Shown: piece after piece, positions 10,606 to 23,100 of the stretch
How the letters are laid out: every line of letters starts with the position of its first letter
Position numbering within the stretch: position 1 is the first letter of the stretch
NCBI GenBank assembly: GCA_977017575.1
Contig: CDRNVI010000023.1
Coordinates: 1 to 64,000 of the forward strand
Origin: Paramoeba atlantica
Taxonomy: Eukaryota > Protista > Discosea
Length of the DNA stretch: 64,000 nt
Direction of reading: 5' to 3'
Program-made: the position numbers and the translations under genes
The notes under the pieces: model-generated
What the model saw: the letters and a program-made list of their open reading frames with translations, nothing else
Told to the model about the DNA's origin: nothing
The model's database searches: none

Positions 10606-13600
10606 ATGCTGCGCTCTTTGAAGCCCAATTTGTTTCGCATTTGTTTGCATCTGCGAACCGTTAAGCATCCTGACGACGTGTATGAGAAGCTTACACCACG
10701 AGAACACGTTTTAGCCAGACCTGATATGTACATCGGAAATACCTCATGTTCCAAAGAGTTATGCTGGGTTTACGACGAGACAGGTAATACAATGGAGCGA
10801 AAGGAGCTAAAGTATTCCCCAGGCTTGTACAAGATCTTTGACGAGATAATTGTTAACGCAGCAGACAACAAGACCCGTGAAGGCGCCAAACAAACATATG
10901 TAAAAGTTGAGATCGATCGACAAACAGGTGCAATAAGCGTAGAGAATGACGGCATTGGTATCCCAGTCGTGAAACATCGAAAATACAAATTATGGATTCC
11001 AGAAATGATTTTTGGCCACGTATTGACCTCTTCCAACTACGATGAATCAAAGAAAAGAATCACGGGTGGGAGATATGGATACGGCGCAAAGCTAACAAAT
11101 ATCTTTTCTAAGGAATTTTCTGTTGATACAAATTACGAACCGACGAAGCAGTTCTTCTCCATGAAGTGGCAAGATCACATGATGGTTGCTTCAGCTCCAG
11201 AGGTGCGAGAGGGAGGAGACTCAGGTTATACGAAAATTTCTTTTCTCCCTGATTACGCTAGATTCGGGATGGATAACCTAACGGATGACATGTACGAACT
11301 CATGTGTCGTCGTGTTGTGGATCTCGCTGGAGTTATTGGGTCCAATACAACCATATATCTCAACGCCACCCAGATCAAGGTACACAACTTTAAGGAGTAC
11401 TGCGCCCTCTACCCGGGAGCACGAACACATCCATCTGTGGCCCAGTCTTCATACCGTTGGGACGTTCTTGTGCGTACCAGTGACGAGGGCTACAACCAGA
11501 CGAGCTTTGTTAATTGCATCAACACTACTCGCGGGGGGACCCATGTGAACTACGTGACGGACGCCTTGAGTACTGCAGTGATATCTCACGTGCAGGAAAA
11601 GATGCCAAACGTTGTGGCAGCGAAAGACCTCGTGAGACAAAACATCTCCCTCTTTCTGAACTGCAAGATAGAAAACCCTCATTTCGATTCGCAAACAAAA
11701 ACCACATTACGCTCCCGAACACAAGAGTTTGGTTCGCTTCCGGTCCTCAAAACTCTCATTTCCAGGTTTCTGGCCGAGACAGATATCGTGGATCGCGTCC
11801 TTGTAGCAACTGAGAATCGTTACAGCAGAATTATGAAGAAGCACCAAACCACCGTTGTGTCAAGGACAAGCACGTTATTGATACCGAAGTTGGAGGACGC
11901 TGTTCACGCCGGGACGAAAAAGGCCAACCAATGTACTCTGATCATCACGGAGGGTGACAGCGCGAAGGCGTTTGCCGTAGCAGGCTTGAGCGTGTTAGGT
12001 CGCGACTACCACGGTATATATCCCATACGAGGAAAACCCATGAATGTCCGATCTGCATCCGTTTCAAGCGTTGCAGAGTGCACAGAGGTGCGCAATCTAT
12101 TAGCGATTCTGGGACTTTATCTGAAAACAACCAAAGGCCTCTCAAATCGACTGGTTGTGCAACAGAATTCCAACGGACTTCGGTATGGGAAGTTGCTAAT
12201 CATGGCAGATCAAGATCTAGATGGCGACCACATCAAAGGGCTCATTGCCAACTTGATCCAAGTCGTTGCCCCACAGTTGTTTCAACGCCCGGGATTTCTT
12301 GCGCAATTCGTCACTCCGCTGGTAAAGGCATTCGGGCCAAGGGGAGAAGTCCGCTCGTTTTATTCTATGGGGAGTTACACTAAATTTACCCAGGAGTTGG
12401 AAGAGATGAGCCCGAAGCCAAGATACCGATACAAATACTACAAGGGATTGGGAACAAATACATCGACCGAAGCTAGGGAGTACTTTAGGAAAATGGACGC
12501 ACACACGATTTCCTTCGTATACGACCCTGTCACCGACGAAAACGCCCTCGAGCTTCCGTTTGGCAAAGCGAACATAAAAGCCGCTGAGCGACGAACATGG
12601 ATCGAAGAAGGACTGAAAAATGTGACCCAAGACAACCAAATGGACTTCTCTGTTCGAAGCATGTCTTACCACCAGTTTGTCCACCGCCAAATGATTCACT
12701 ACTCCATCGAGGACTGTGCGCGATCGATCCCTCATCTCATGGATGGCCTAAAAATAACCCAACGCAAAATCCTCTTCGCCGCGCTCAAACGTAACCTCCG
12801 GGACCCCATCAAGGTCGTCCAGTTCTGCGGGTACATTGCCGAACACACCGCCTACCACCACGGGGACGTTAGCCTCCAATCCGCCGCGATCGCCATGGCC
12901 CAAAGCTTTATCGGTTCCAACAACGTCCCCCTTCTCCTCGGGGAGGGTCAATTCGGGACCCGTCTCGAGGGAGGGGTCGATGCCGCTGCCCCGCGCTACA
13001 TCCACATCCGACTCAGTGCCATCACCCATCTGCTGTTTCGTGCCGAGGACGAGCCCAATCTCACGCATGAGGTCGATGAGGCCCTCACCGTGCAGCCCCA
13101 GTTCTACGTCCCCGTGATCCCGACCCTCTTAGTGAACGGCTCCCACGGGATTGGCACCGGCTTCTCCACTTCGATTCCCGGGCACGACCCGCTGGTGCTG
13201 ATCGAGCTGATCCGGTCCTGGCTGAAATCCGGCAAGGAGATGACTGGGGACTTGAAGCCCTGGGTGACCGGATTCAAAGGGGAGGTCCACTGCCTTGGGA
13301 AGAGCGGCAGGTACTACACCACCGGGCGGGTCTCGCTGATTAATGGCTGCACGGTGCGGGTGACGGAGCTGCCGGCCTGGATGTGGACTTCGGATTATAA
13401 GGCGATTTTAAATGGCATGGTGGAGAAAGGAGTGATACGAAGCTACCAGGAGCACCACACGGTGGATGCAGTGGATTTTGAAATTGAGCTCGCCCCGCAG
13501 GTGATTTCGATGGGGATTCGGTTTAATGTGCTGTACCATTTGCTGTCGCTGGTGGGACGAAGCCGGAAGTCGCGGTTTATTGTGCAGGAGAAGACACGGG

Positions 13601-14193
13601 GGATTTTTCAGATGAGGAATGCGATGGAGGTGTTGAAAAATTTCTGTGAGATGCGGATGCACTTTTATGAGCTGCGGAAGAAGTCGGAGGTGCAGAAGGT
13701 GGAGAACCAGCTGAGTGTCGCGGAAGGAAGGCATGTGTTTCTGCGAAGCATCTTGGATGGAAAGATAAACATCTCAGGTAACGGTGCAGATATTGTAAAA
13801 GCACTTGTGGAGCTTAAGATCCCGAGAGATCCGGTGGACGGGTCCTACGAATATCTTTTGGGGATGAAAATGGCGTCGTTTTCTTCCGAAAGACGAGACG
13901 CTCTCGCTGAAAATGTGGCCATACTGCGGGAACGAGCTAATATGTTGAGACAGCGTTCCCCAAAGGACTTCTGGCTTTCCGACCTCGAGGAATTAGAAGT
14001 TGCGATGCGATCGCATATGGAGGAGTTTGCTGAGCGTACTAAGATTCCCGTCCGGCACCCGAAGCTTCGTCCCAACGGGACACGTGTTAGTTTGGACAAG
14101 CAAGAATTTCTGAACGTGAAGTCGCTTGCGAGGGCAAAACTTCGTGCGTTCGTTGCTTGGAACGGAAGATTGGGACGGCGTGTTGATCTTTGA
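10606..14193 (+). CDS. TOP2: DNA topoisomerase II, probably the mitochondrial (kinetoplast) isoform
   Basis: GHKL motifs (EIIVNAADN, GRYGYGAK), TOPRIM (ITEGDSAK, PIRGKPMN, MADQDLDGDHIKGL) and AAPRYI (catalytic Tyr). There is no long C-terminal domain, and the basic N-terminus MLRSLKPNLFRICLHLRT resembles a mitochondrial presequence. Confidence 0.9.
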   Translation: MLRSLKPNLFRICLHLRTVKHPDDVYEKLTPREHVLARPDMYIGNTSCSKELCWVYDETGNTMERKELKYSPGLYKIFDEIIVNAADNKTREGAKQTYVKVEIDRQTGAISVENDGIGIPVVKHRKYKLWIPEMIFGHVLTSSNYDESKKRITGGRYGYGAKLTNIFSKEFSVDTNYEPTKQFFSMKWQDHMMVASAPEVREGGDSGYTKISFLPDYARFGMDNLTDDMYELMCRRVVDLAGVIGSNTTIYLNATQIKVHNFKEYCALYPGARTHPSVAQSSYRWDVLVRTSDEGYNQTSFVNCINTTRGGTHVNYVTDALSTAVISHVQEKMPNVVAAKDLVRQNISLFLNCKIENPHFDSQTKTTLRSRTQEFGSLPVLKTLISRFLAETDIVDRVLVATENRYSRIMKKHQTTVVSRTSTLLIPKLEDAVHAGTKKANQCTLIITEGDSAKAFAVAGLSVLGRDYHGIYPIRGKPMNVRSASVSSVAECTEVRNLLAILGLYLKTTKGLSNRLVVQQNSNGLRYGKLLIMADQDLDGDHIKGLIANLIQVVAPQLFQRPGFLAQFVTPLVKAFGPRGEVRSFYSMGSYTKFTQELEEMSPKPRYRYKYYKGLGTNTSTEAREYFRKMDAHTISFVYDPVTDENALELPFGKANIKAAERRTWIEEGLKNVTQDNQMDFSVRSMSYHQFVHRQMIHYSIEDCARSIPHLMDGLKITQRKILFAALKRNLRDPIKVVQFCGYIAEHTAYHHGDVSLQSAAIAMAQSFIGSNNVPLLLGEGQFGTRLEGGVDAAAPRYIHIRLSAITHLLFRAEDEPNLTHEVDEALTVQPQFYVPVIPTLLVNGSHGIGTGFSTSIPGHDPLVLIELIRSWLKSGKEMTGDLKPWVTGFKGEVHCLGKSGRYYTTGRVSLINGCTVRVTELPAWMWTSDYKAILNGMVEKGVIRSYQEHHTVDAVDFEIELAPQVISMGIRFNVLYHLLSLVGRSRKSRFIVQEKTRGIFQMRNAMEVLKNFCEMRMHFYELRKKSEVQKVENQLSVAEGRHVFLRSILDGKINISGNGADIVKALVELKIPRDPVDGSYEYLLGMKMASFSSERRDALAENVAILRERANMLRQRSPKDFWLSDLEELEVAMRSHMEEFAERTKIPVRHPKLRPNGTRVSLDKQEFLNVKSLARAKLRAFVAWNGRLGRRVDL

Positions 14194-14813
14194 ATGCAGT
14201 TTGCGCAATCTTTTCCTATATGATGATTTGTGTTTCCAGCTGAAATGGCCGCAAGTGCATTCGTTTTTAATAAGTCAAAAAGAATTTCAATTATTTGAAA
14301 GAATGTCATTTATAGAGTATGCGTGTAGATTAATTTAAACAAAGAAATTTATTTTAAACAAATTCAACTATGCTATTTTCACTACACTATGATGTATAAG
14401 GAATGCATGATATTTTATCTACTGTTTTGTCCTTTGCTTATCCTTTGCTTATCCATTTGTGTTTTATTCATGTTTTTTATCCATTTTTTATCCTTTTTCC
14501 TTCTGATTACGAGCGGGGTTCTTTTACGAACGGGGTTCTGGTTATATTCAAACATATTCAAAAACAGTTGTTTTTACAAAAACAGATCTTTTTTGGTAGC
14601 GTGTAAGCGAAAACGTTTACATGATACATGTGATGCATGTTTTATACTTTCTTCTTTCTAAGGATACTTGATTTTATGCTATTGCGGGAACTGAACAGTG
14701 TATGTTTGTTAGTTTACGCATCTTTATAATTTGTCTTATTTTTTTTCCGTTATTAGTGATGAGATGCTACAATTCTTGCCCCTGTTGACCTATCTAGAAA
14801 GACATACAAATAT

Positions 14814-16019
14814 TTGATGACTAGAATCACGTCGCAAATGACTGACAGTGAATGTGGTAGGTTCTCCTTCAGGGTAAGCTATGCAATGCCAGTAGGTGAG
14901 GAAGGAATTCGCTACCTCACCCCGGATTTGCTACTGCAAGTCACCGGGTCATCTAACATCTTTATCTACTGCAATCCGTTCCATATTCAACTGATGCCGC
15001 GACATGCAGTCCGGAGAATTAGAGCAAAAAAGAACGTCACTGAGCACTGGCTGCTAAGCACTGATAAGGAGTCTCCCGAAAAGGTAAAAACAAGAAGCCA
15101 CCCTTGTCCTCTTCTTGCGCTCCGTAAAACAATTTCCCTCAATGACACTCTGCTACTGTCCCCTTCCCACTTATTGGGAATTCCTGAGCTCACGGCAATT
15201 CTTGGTCCTCACGCTTCATCGCTTCGGCTCTCCAAGAGTGTTAAACATAAAAAGAAACCACGTGCGTTTGTATTGCGAGAAGAGACATCACACGGTGCTG
15301 AAACATTCACCCAGGCACAATATGACGCCATACTATCTTGTACGAAGGACGACGCTCTGTACATCCCGTGGGAAGCGTTTGCACAACAAGGGAATGAGCC
15401 AAGTGACATAGTAAAACAGCACCCGTTCTACGACGTAAAAAGATGTCCCCCAAATCAGAAAAATTTGGACACAAGACAAGAATCAACCTATAGCAGGGAT
15501 GCTATCAAGATGCAAATACTCACCCCTCTCTGCAGTGCCCCATGGGAAATTCTTTCACGCCTCGAGTATTTTCTAGACAACGAGTTAGGAGCACTACTAA
15601 CGAAGCCTGAAGCTTCTTCCCGTCTTGACTGTGGGCTCATTTTTTCTGGGGATTTCCCTCTGCATTTAGCCTCCCAAGGGGTTGCATGGGGATTCTCACC
15701 CTCCAGCCACATGAAAACATCTGGTTTGGTGTCGGGTCAAGAAAGCCAATTTCTATCCTTATTGGACCCTAAATACCAAAAGGACCTCTCATCTTTATCG
15801 GGCACATGTCAGTGTCCCACATGTAAACACCATAACCGGGCCTATCTTCACCATCTCCTGCGGACGCATGAGATGAACGGCCCTATCCTACTGGCAATGC
15901 ATAACTTATCCATGCTTTTGGACTTTTTTACATTCCTAAACGGCTGCCTTCACAAGAGATCTTGTGAGGAGATGAAACGGGAGATTGAAAAGTTGCAAAA
16001 AATGATTTCTGAGATGTGA
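14814..16019 (+). CDS. Queuine tRNA-ribosyltransferase accessory subunit (QTRT2/TGT2-like)
   Basis: C-terminal Zn site CQCPTCKHHNRAYLHHLL...MHNL. Catalytic TGT motifs are not evident. Confidence 0.7.
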   Translation: MMTRITSQMTDSECGRFSFRVSYAMPVGEEGIRYLTPDLLLQVTGSSNIFIYCNPFHIQLMPRHAVRRIRAKKNVTEHWLLSTDKESPEKVKTRSHPCPLLALRKTISLNDTLLLSPSHLLGIPELTAILGPHASSLRLSKSVKHKKKPRAFVLREETSHGAETFTQAQYDAILSCTKDDALYIPWEAFAQQGNEPSDIVKQHPFYDVKRCPPNQKNLDTRQESTYSRDAIKMQILTPLCSAPWEILSRLEYFLDNELGALLTKPEASSRLDCGLIFSGDFPLHLASQGVAWGFSPSSHMKTSGLVSGQESQFLSLLDPKYQKDLSSLSGTCQCPTCKHHNRAYLHHLLRTHEMNGPILLAMHNLSMLLDFFTFLNGCLHKRSCEEMKREIEKLQKMISEM

Positions 16020-16239
16020 GCAACATTGCGTCTGGAGTTCCGTTAGCGTTATGAACAAAAAATCGACAAGCATTGTAGTCTTAGCATGAGTTTTTAATTC
16101 CAAAACTTGCTTCTTAAATATGAACGAAGAGGCATTCTCTCCTTTCTACGGACACAAGAAAAGTTTTTTAAAAAAAAGCAAGCAAGAAAAAACAATAGAC
16201 CAAACCTTATTCTCTTCTTACTCTAATTCGTTTCTGTGA

Positions 16240-16890
16240 ATGATAAGCTTATTGTCAAACGAGGATTGCGCCGTGCCATGCCGTTTAGGAAAGCTTCGAG
16301 GAGCGGCACTGCCGCAAGAAATTGAGCTTTCTAGATTCTTGCGGGATATTGAAAACGCTCATCCTTCATGGGACGCAACTAATCCCATTGATGAATGGGT
16401 TGGCGTGAAACTAAATTCTGATGGGAAGGTAATACGACTTAATTGGGAATGTAAAACCCTTCGAGGAACTTTATTGTGGGATTTTTTGCCCAGCACTATG
16501 AGGTACGTTCGTCTGCAAGAAAATTATTTTCTTCGCGGAGGCTTTAATCTGCAAGGCCTTCCGCGCACAATGGAGCGGCTTAGTGTGCGAAGAAACGCAA
16601 TGACAGGGGAAGTAAACATTCTTTATCTGCCACAGAGCTTTACTCACCTAAATCTTGCGAGCAACAAATTTGAAGGGACCTTGGATATGATGGAACTTCC
16701 TCCAGGCATGGTGTATGTTGACGTGGGAAACAATAAATTCAAGCGTCTTTTGTTCGGTAAGCTCCCTATCACGATGGAAGAATTATTTTTTGCTGGTAAT
16801 CCGGAACTAGTTGGAGAGGTTGCTCTATCTGAATGGGAGAAATTGCGTTACAAATCTTTCCTGAGAACCCAGTTAAAATTGTGCGCATAA
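16240..16890 (+). CDS. Leucine-rich repeat protein (family copy 1)
   Basis: KLRGAALPQEIELSRF N-motif, EWVGV cap, LxLxxNxFxG repeats. Confidence 0.85.
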   Translation: MISLLSNEDCAVPCRLGKLRGAALPQEIELSRFLRDIENAHPSWDATNPIDEWVGVKLNSDGKVIRLNWECKTLRGTLLWDFLPSTMRYVRLQENYFLRGGFNLQGLPRTMERLSVRRNAMTGEVNILYLPQSFTHLNLASNKFEGTLDMMELPPGMVYVDVGNNKFKRLLFGKLPITMEELFFAGNPELVGEVALSEWEKLRYKSFLRTQLKLCA

Positions 16891-17102
16891 TTCGAGAAAA
16901 ATACATAATGCTTGCTGTGGATACACCCCCGTTCAGAAAAGTGTTACAAAAGTTTTGAGAGCATGGAAGGAGTTTTTTAGCTGCTCCCCTGGCCAAAAAT
17001 AAAGGCAAATGGATTTTAATTGATATTTTCCGTTTTCCTTTTTTTGTCCTTTCATCATGTTTATCGGTCATAAGTAAGTTCCCTCCTTCACCATTTTCTT
17101 TC

Positions 17103-20100
17103 ATGACTTCACGCCCACCCCCTCCATCCCCCTCATCACCCACCCCCACCCACCCCCCTCCTCCCCTCACCCCGCCGTTCATCCCCACCCCCACCGTGAC
17201 CTCCAACCTCTCCCTCCTCCACAGTGCGCTGTGTGCCTCCCGGATCATCCTGCTCTACGGCCCCGCAGGTTGTGGCAAAACCCAATCTATTTTTTCGTTT
17301 CTCTCCTCTTCTTCACTTCCCCCCTCTCTTATGCCCTCTCAAATTCGATCCGCACTACTCGATGAGACCTCAGAGGCACGTGACTTAATCGGGGGGTACC
17401 AGTGCTCGGAGGTTCCGGGACAACTGCATTGGGCTCCCGGCCCCCTGCCTCATGCCATGAAAAACGGGGAGTGGCTTCTAATGGAAGACATTGACTTAGT
17501 GAGTTATGACATTTTAACCTTACTCGCGGGGATCGAGGACAACACGCAAGGGTACTACTTGTCCGACGTAGAGGAGTGGGTTCCGATTGCGGATTCGTTT
17601 CGTGTGATTGCGACCACAACACAAGATTGGCGCACACAGAGAGGGGGACGTGGGGTAAAAAAGGGTGTCAGCGAGGAGATGACAAACGCAGGCCAGGGCA
17701 ATCCAAATGTAGTCCCGGAAGTCTGGCACGGTCGACCTCGTGCACAGCTTCATGTGGTACCATGGTGTCCTGTGCGGTTTCAATCCATTCCGTGGGATGA
17801 GATGGAGACGATTGTACAGCAGCAGTTCAGTGCTCGCCTGGGAAATGCCCTGGTGCGTGATCTTTTGATAAAACCTGTACATTGCTTGGTGCATCAACTC
17901 CGAGCGTGTAACGTGATGTGTTCCCCGCTGCGTCAACTCTTAAAGGTGTGCGCTCGAGTGTACCACGCTGCAGAGCTTCCCTCCCTAACTCGTCAGGAGC
18001 GATATGTTCCCTCTCGTTGTCGCGAGTGTGTGTTTCGTCATCTAACGGATGTGTTTGTGGCTGCCATCCCGGCGATGAAGGATCGACTTTGTGTGAGTCG
18101 TTCGCTTTGTGAGATATTAGGGCTAGATGTGCGAAAAGCGGAGGACATCCTCCTACGAGAGGTACCGGAGGTGACCTACCACAGCGAAAACGGGAGCAAG
18201 AGGGTGCGAATCGGTTGTTGTTCGTTGCCAGTGGGACAGAAATCACTGTGTGCTCTATCAAGAGAGGTGCCGGACTACGCCCCGTGTCCTAGTTTGATAC
18301 GTCTGTTTGAGCGGCTGGCGTCATGTGTGCGAGCAGGGGAGGCAGTGCTACTCTCCGGGGAGAGTGGGGTAGGGAAGACCTATGCTGTACAACTTCTCTC
18401 CCAGCTATGTGGGCAGGATCGGTTCAATGTGTGTAATGTGAACCATCAAACAGAGACCTCTGACCTCCTAGGTGGGTGGAAACCCAAGAGTGCCTTCGAA
18501 ATGATGCAATCTTTGTATGAGGAGTTTGATAAATGTTTTACGCAGACATTCAATGCGGAACGCAACAGGAGTTATTTAGAGGCGACTCAGCGAACGTTTC
18601 AAAAGGCAGCAAATAACACCGACGACTACGGTTTGCGAAAGAAATTTTTCCACGTACTGCGTAAGGGCTGTCATATTGGATTAAAGCATAATCAAGTACT
18701 CTGGTCAAGCATCTCCAATAAAGTTTTCTCACTTGTGGAACAAATGGAAGCAGGAACGCCGCCGGCATTCTTTTCCTACCATGACGGTGCGCTTCAAGAA
18801 AATAAGAAGAACGGGGGATGGCTGCTTTTAGATGAGATAAATCTGGCGCCCACCGAGGTGTTGGATCGTATCGCTACTACCCTTGACGTAGACAATGACA
18901 ACACGCACCCCGAATTTCGTTTGTTCGCCTGCATGAATCCGCCAACCGACGCGGGAAAAAAGGCACTGCCCCAATCCCTACTCTCTCGGTTTACCGAAAT
19001 TTACGTTGATGAGCCGAAGGAAGCCGAAGAGCTCCTCATTCTTGTGAAACACTTTCTTCGCAATCTTCCGCAAGCACCATCTCCCGAAAAAATTGTATTG
19101 TTGTACCTTGAATTGTGCTCAAATACCCACAGCTTAAGTGACGTTGGTTTCGCTTTTGAAAAACCCTGCTACAATCTTAGGACATTGTGCCGTGCCTTGC
19201 GCTACGCAGCAGGACAGGCTGCTGTGTACGGAATACAGACGGCATTCATGGATGGCTTTCTCATGACGTTTGCTACTCAGGTGATCCCGCCGCGAGATCT
19301 CCAGGTTCGCCAAATGATTCAAAATGCACTCTTCCCTAACTTCAAGAACCAGAAAATGAATGTGAGACATCATCCTGAGAAAGTCCTGGTAGGAGGGTAT
19401 TTGCTCCCCAGGGGTCCTTTACCAGTAAACACACGAGACGATTTCGTTTGCACGGAAACAGTGATGCGTCATCTTGCCAGTTTGTCCAGATGTGTCATCG
19501 CGAACAAAGCAGTACTACTTCAAGGTCCTACAAGTACAGGAAAGACCACGTTAGTGCGGTACCTCTCTGAAGCCACGGGGCATTCATTCATTCGAATTAA
19601 TAATCACAATGCAACAGAGCTATCCGAGTATCTGGGGCAGTACTCCCAAACAGAGTCCGGCTCCTTGCGCTTTGTGGAAGGGCCTTTGATTTCTGCTGTG
19701 CGGACAGGAGCATGGCTCGTACTCGATGAGTTGAACCTTGCGAGCAGTGAGGTGTTGGAGGCTCTAAATCGACTTCTTGACGATAACCGTGAACTTGTTC
19801 ATCCGGAGAGAACTGAGGTACTGATACCACACGCCCACTTCCGGTTATTTGCTACACAAAACCCATGCGGCCAAATGGGATACTCAGGCCGAAAAGCCTT
19901 GTCGAGAGCATTTCGAAGTCGATTTTTAGAAATTCACGTGGGAGAAATGACGTCCTCCGATCTTGTACAAATGCTAACACAACCTCATTTTGCTCTGCCG
20001 GAAAATTTCGTACGGCGTATGATTGCCGTTATGGAGGACTTACAGCGAGCTCGCAGCGAATCCCATGTGCTTGCTGGCCGTTTCGGGTTCTTAACTCCTC

Positions 20101-23100
20101 GCGATTTATTTCGTTGGGCTAAACGCCGGCCCGGCACGTTGCAAGAACTTGCATGGCACGGCATGGTTCTGTTTGGGGATCGCTGTCGCACGGAAACAGA
20201 ACGTGAGTTTGTGCGCTCTACACTGCAGAGAAGATGCAGACCTTCTCATAATTCGTTACGTGAGCGCAATGTTTACCTAGAAAAGAATAATGGTTCCCCA
20301 AATTCTTATTTCGATCTCAGCGATGCTGCCTTGTATGACTGGAATAACTGGGAGGTGTTGAGACCGCACAAGGAATCTATTGAAGCCTTACCGCTGGGGC
20401 TTACGACATCCATGAGGCGCATACTTGTTCTCATTGGGCTTTGTGTGCTTTACCGTGAGAGCATTTTACTGGTAGGGGATACGGGCACTGGAAAAACAAC
20501 CGCCTGTCAGGCCTGGTGTGAGATTTTACAACGCCATCTTTTCACAGTGAATTGTCATCAAAACTCCGACACCTTTGATCTGATTGGCGGACTTTACCCG
20601 ACCCATATGGAGGAACTTCAGTCCGGGGCGGAATCACATAGAAGTGAGTCTTCTACCGGAAATTTAAATACATCACATCCTCGTTTTCGGTGGTGCGATG
20701 GTCCCGTGACACGTGCGATGCGTACGGGATCGATGGTCCTGTTGGATGAAATCAATTTAGCCGAGCAAAATGTGATTGAGCGCTTGAATTCCGTTCTTGA
20801 TGATTCAAGGTCGCTCATTCTTTCCGAGCGTGGATATGCTGATGCCACACAACCGGTAGCTGCCCATCACGACTTTTTAGTCATGGCTACTATGAACCCA
20901 GGAGGCGATTTTGGAAAGAAAGAGTTGTCAGATGCCTTAAAGAACCGGTTTACAGAAATTTTTGTACCACCTATGACGTGCCCAGAGGATCTTGATCTAG
21001 CCGTCAAAAACATTTTACCCGATGCTGCGCTACGGGACGCATTCTTACAAGCAACTTGGCACGATGATATCCATCAGCGTCCGAACATGCGAGATTTAAT
21101 GAATTTCGCGAAATTTATATCCAAGTCGATATCGTTGGGCATAAGTGAAACCGAGTCTCTACATCATGGAAAAGTGGTATTTCTCAAAGAAGAGGAGAGT
21201 AGCGATGATAAACTTTTCTGGGAACTCAGCTCCGCCCTGAAGGTTCCACAATTGCCGTCTTCGAAAAAACAACAATATGTTTTCGACACACCAACGACGC
21301 TGAAAAATTTATCTAATATAATGAGAGCTATGCTATTGCCTGAACGAGCTGTTTTGTTGGAAGGAGCCGCTGGAACTGGAAAAACATCTCTAGTGGAAAC
21401 ACTCTCCTTATCACTTACCGGCAGGCCAGTTGTACGAATCAATCTTGGGGAGCAGACGGAACTCTCAGATCTAATCGGTTCTTTTGTTCCTGGAAGAGGG
21501 GAAGTCACGTGGTGTGAAGGGCTTCTGCTGCAAGCCGTTCGAAATGGGACTTGGATTCTCTTAGACGAACTGAATCTTGCCTCCCAAACCGTTTTAGAAG
21601 GGTTAAATTCTCTTCTGGACCACCGGCGGTCTTTGTTCTTGCCTGAGAGTTGCACAAGTGTCTCTGCACATCCTGAATTTAGAATATTTGCCTCACAGAA
21701 TCCTCTTCAGGATGGTGGAGGTCGTAAGGGATTGCCCCGTTCTTTTCTGAGCCGTTTTAGCATTGTTCAGGTACAGCCCTTGTCATCTCAAGATTTGTGG
21801 CGCGTTGCGGAATCAAGAAATCAACATAGTGGCAACTTCCTACCACATGTTGTGGTAAAGTTTATGGCGGAAGTCATATCTCGCTTTCATACTCTTTCAA
21901 ATACCCGTTCTTCTGATCCGCACAGATCCGGGTTGCTTAGCCATGCATCACCTGTAGAAAATATGAGTTTGATGGAGTTTAACGTTCGGGATTTGTTTCG
22001 TTGGATGGACTTGCTAATCGCCTCACTATTTCCCAGTAAAGATAGGCTGAAATCAGCTTGTTTTACTTTCTCGCAAGATGGGCATGTCACGGATATCGTC
22101 CATCATATTATTCATACCGCTTATTGCGTTCTTCTGCAACGGTTGTGTACATATGAATCGTACTCTATGTACAGAGAATCATTTTTTGTTGCTGCGCGCA
22201 TGCCTGACTTTGTTGCTTGGGTATCCGAACATCGCACAGAAAACGGCACACTAATATCGCAAAACTCCAACGAGCAGTGGCTTTCTCATACGATTGACCT
22301 TTGTCTGCGGTGCGCACGCGAAAGTGCACTCTGGGAGTTTCACAACGGAGTCGTCTCTCACAACCGATGCTTTTTTTCTATTTCAAATGCGAAGACCTCC
22401 AACAATTCTGCTCTAAATGGTACTACATCCGTTTCAACCTTCGTGACCCCGGCACAAACGACCTGCAAGATTTCTCCATCTCTGTATTTGTTGTCTTCTC
22501 AGAGCCCTGTGCTACGTACGCTCATTTGGTGCTTACAGGCGGGACTTCACCCCGTGTGTCTGTGCGGGGGTCCTTCCTCCGGGAAGTCTACTCTGGTGCA
22601 CATCGCGGCCCGAATGTGCGGCGCTAAACTCACGCAAATGCATTTTACCGCTGGATGCGACACAGCGGAGCTCTTGGGGGGCTTCCACCCCACGCAAGAA
22701 ATGGGCTCAAGGAAATCAGGATTTGCGTGGAAGGATAGTTTGTTTCTACGTGCCGTGCAAGAAGGGCATTGGTTCCTTTTTGAAAATGCGAATCTGTGTT
22801 CCCCGACGGTTTTAGATCGATTGAACAGCTTGTTGGAGCATGGAGGTCGGTTAATAGTGAACGAGCAAGGCGTCGTCGACGGCAAACCTTGTGAAATCTA
22901 CCCGCATCAGAATTTTAAGCTTATTATGACAATGGATCCTAGGAACGGTATTCTTTCCAGAGCTATGAGAAATCGAAGCATTGAGATATTCATTCCTTCT
23001 ATTATGACGGTTGAGCACGAAAAAGTTGAGCTGAAGCACCCAATAGATAAGAATTATGGGAATATCGACCCGACCGAAGCCCACTATACGAGGGAGTCTC

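Noticed and set aside
14389-14661. Small membrane protein ORF
   Set aside because: It is a T-rich intergenic/UTR sequence giving a Phe/Leu-rich artefact with no motif.
16270-16330. F-box at the LRR N-terminus (LPQEI)
   Set aside because: Only LPxE matches and the rest of the F-box consensus is missing, so it is kept only as a hypothesis to test.
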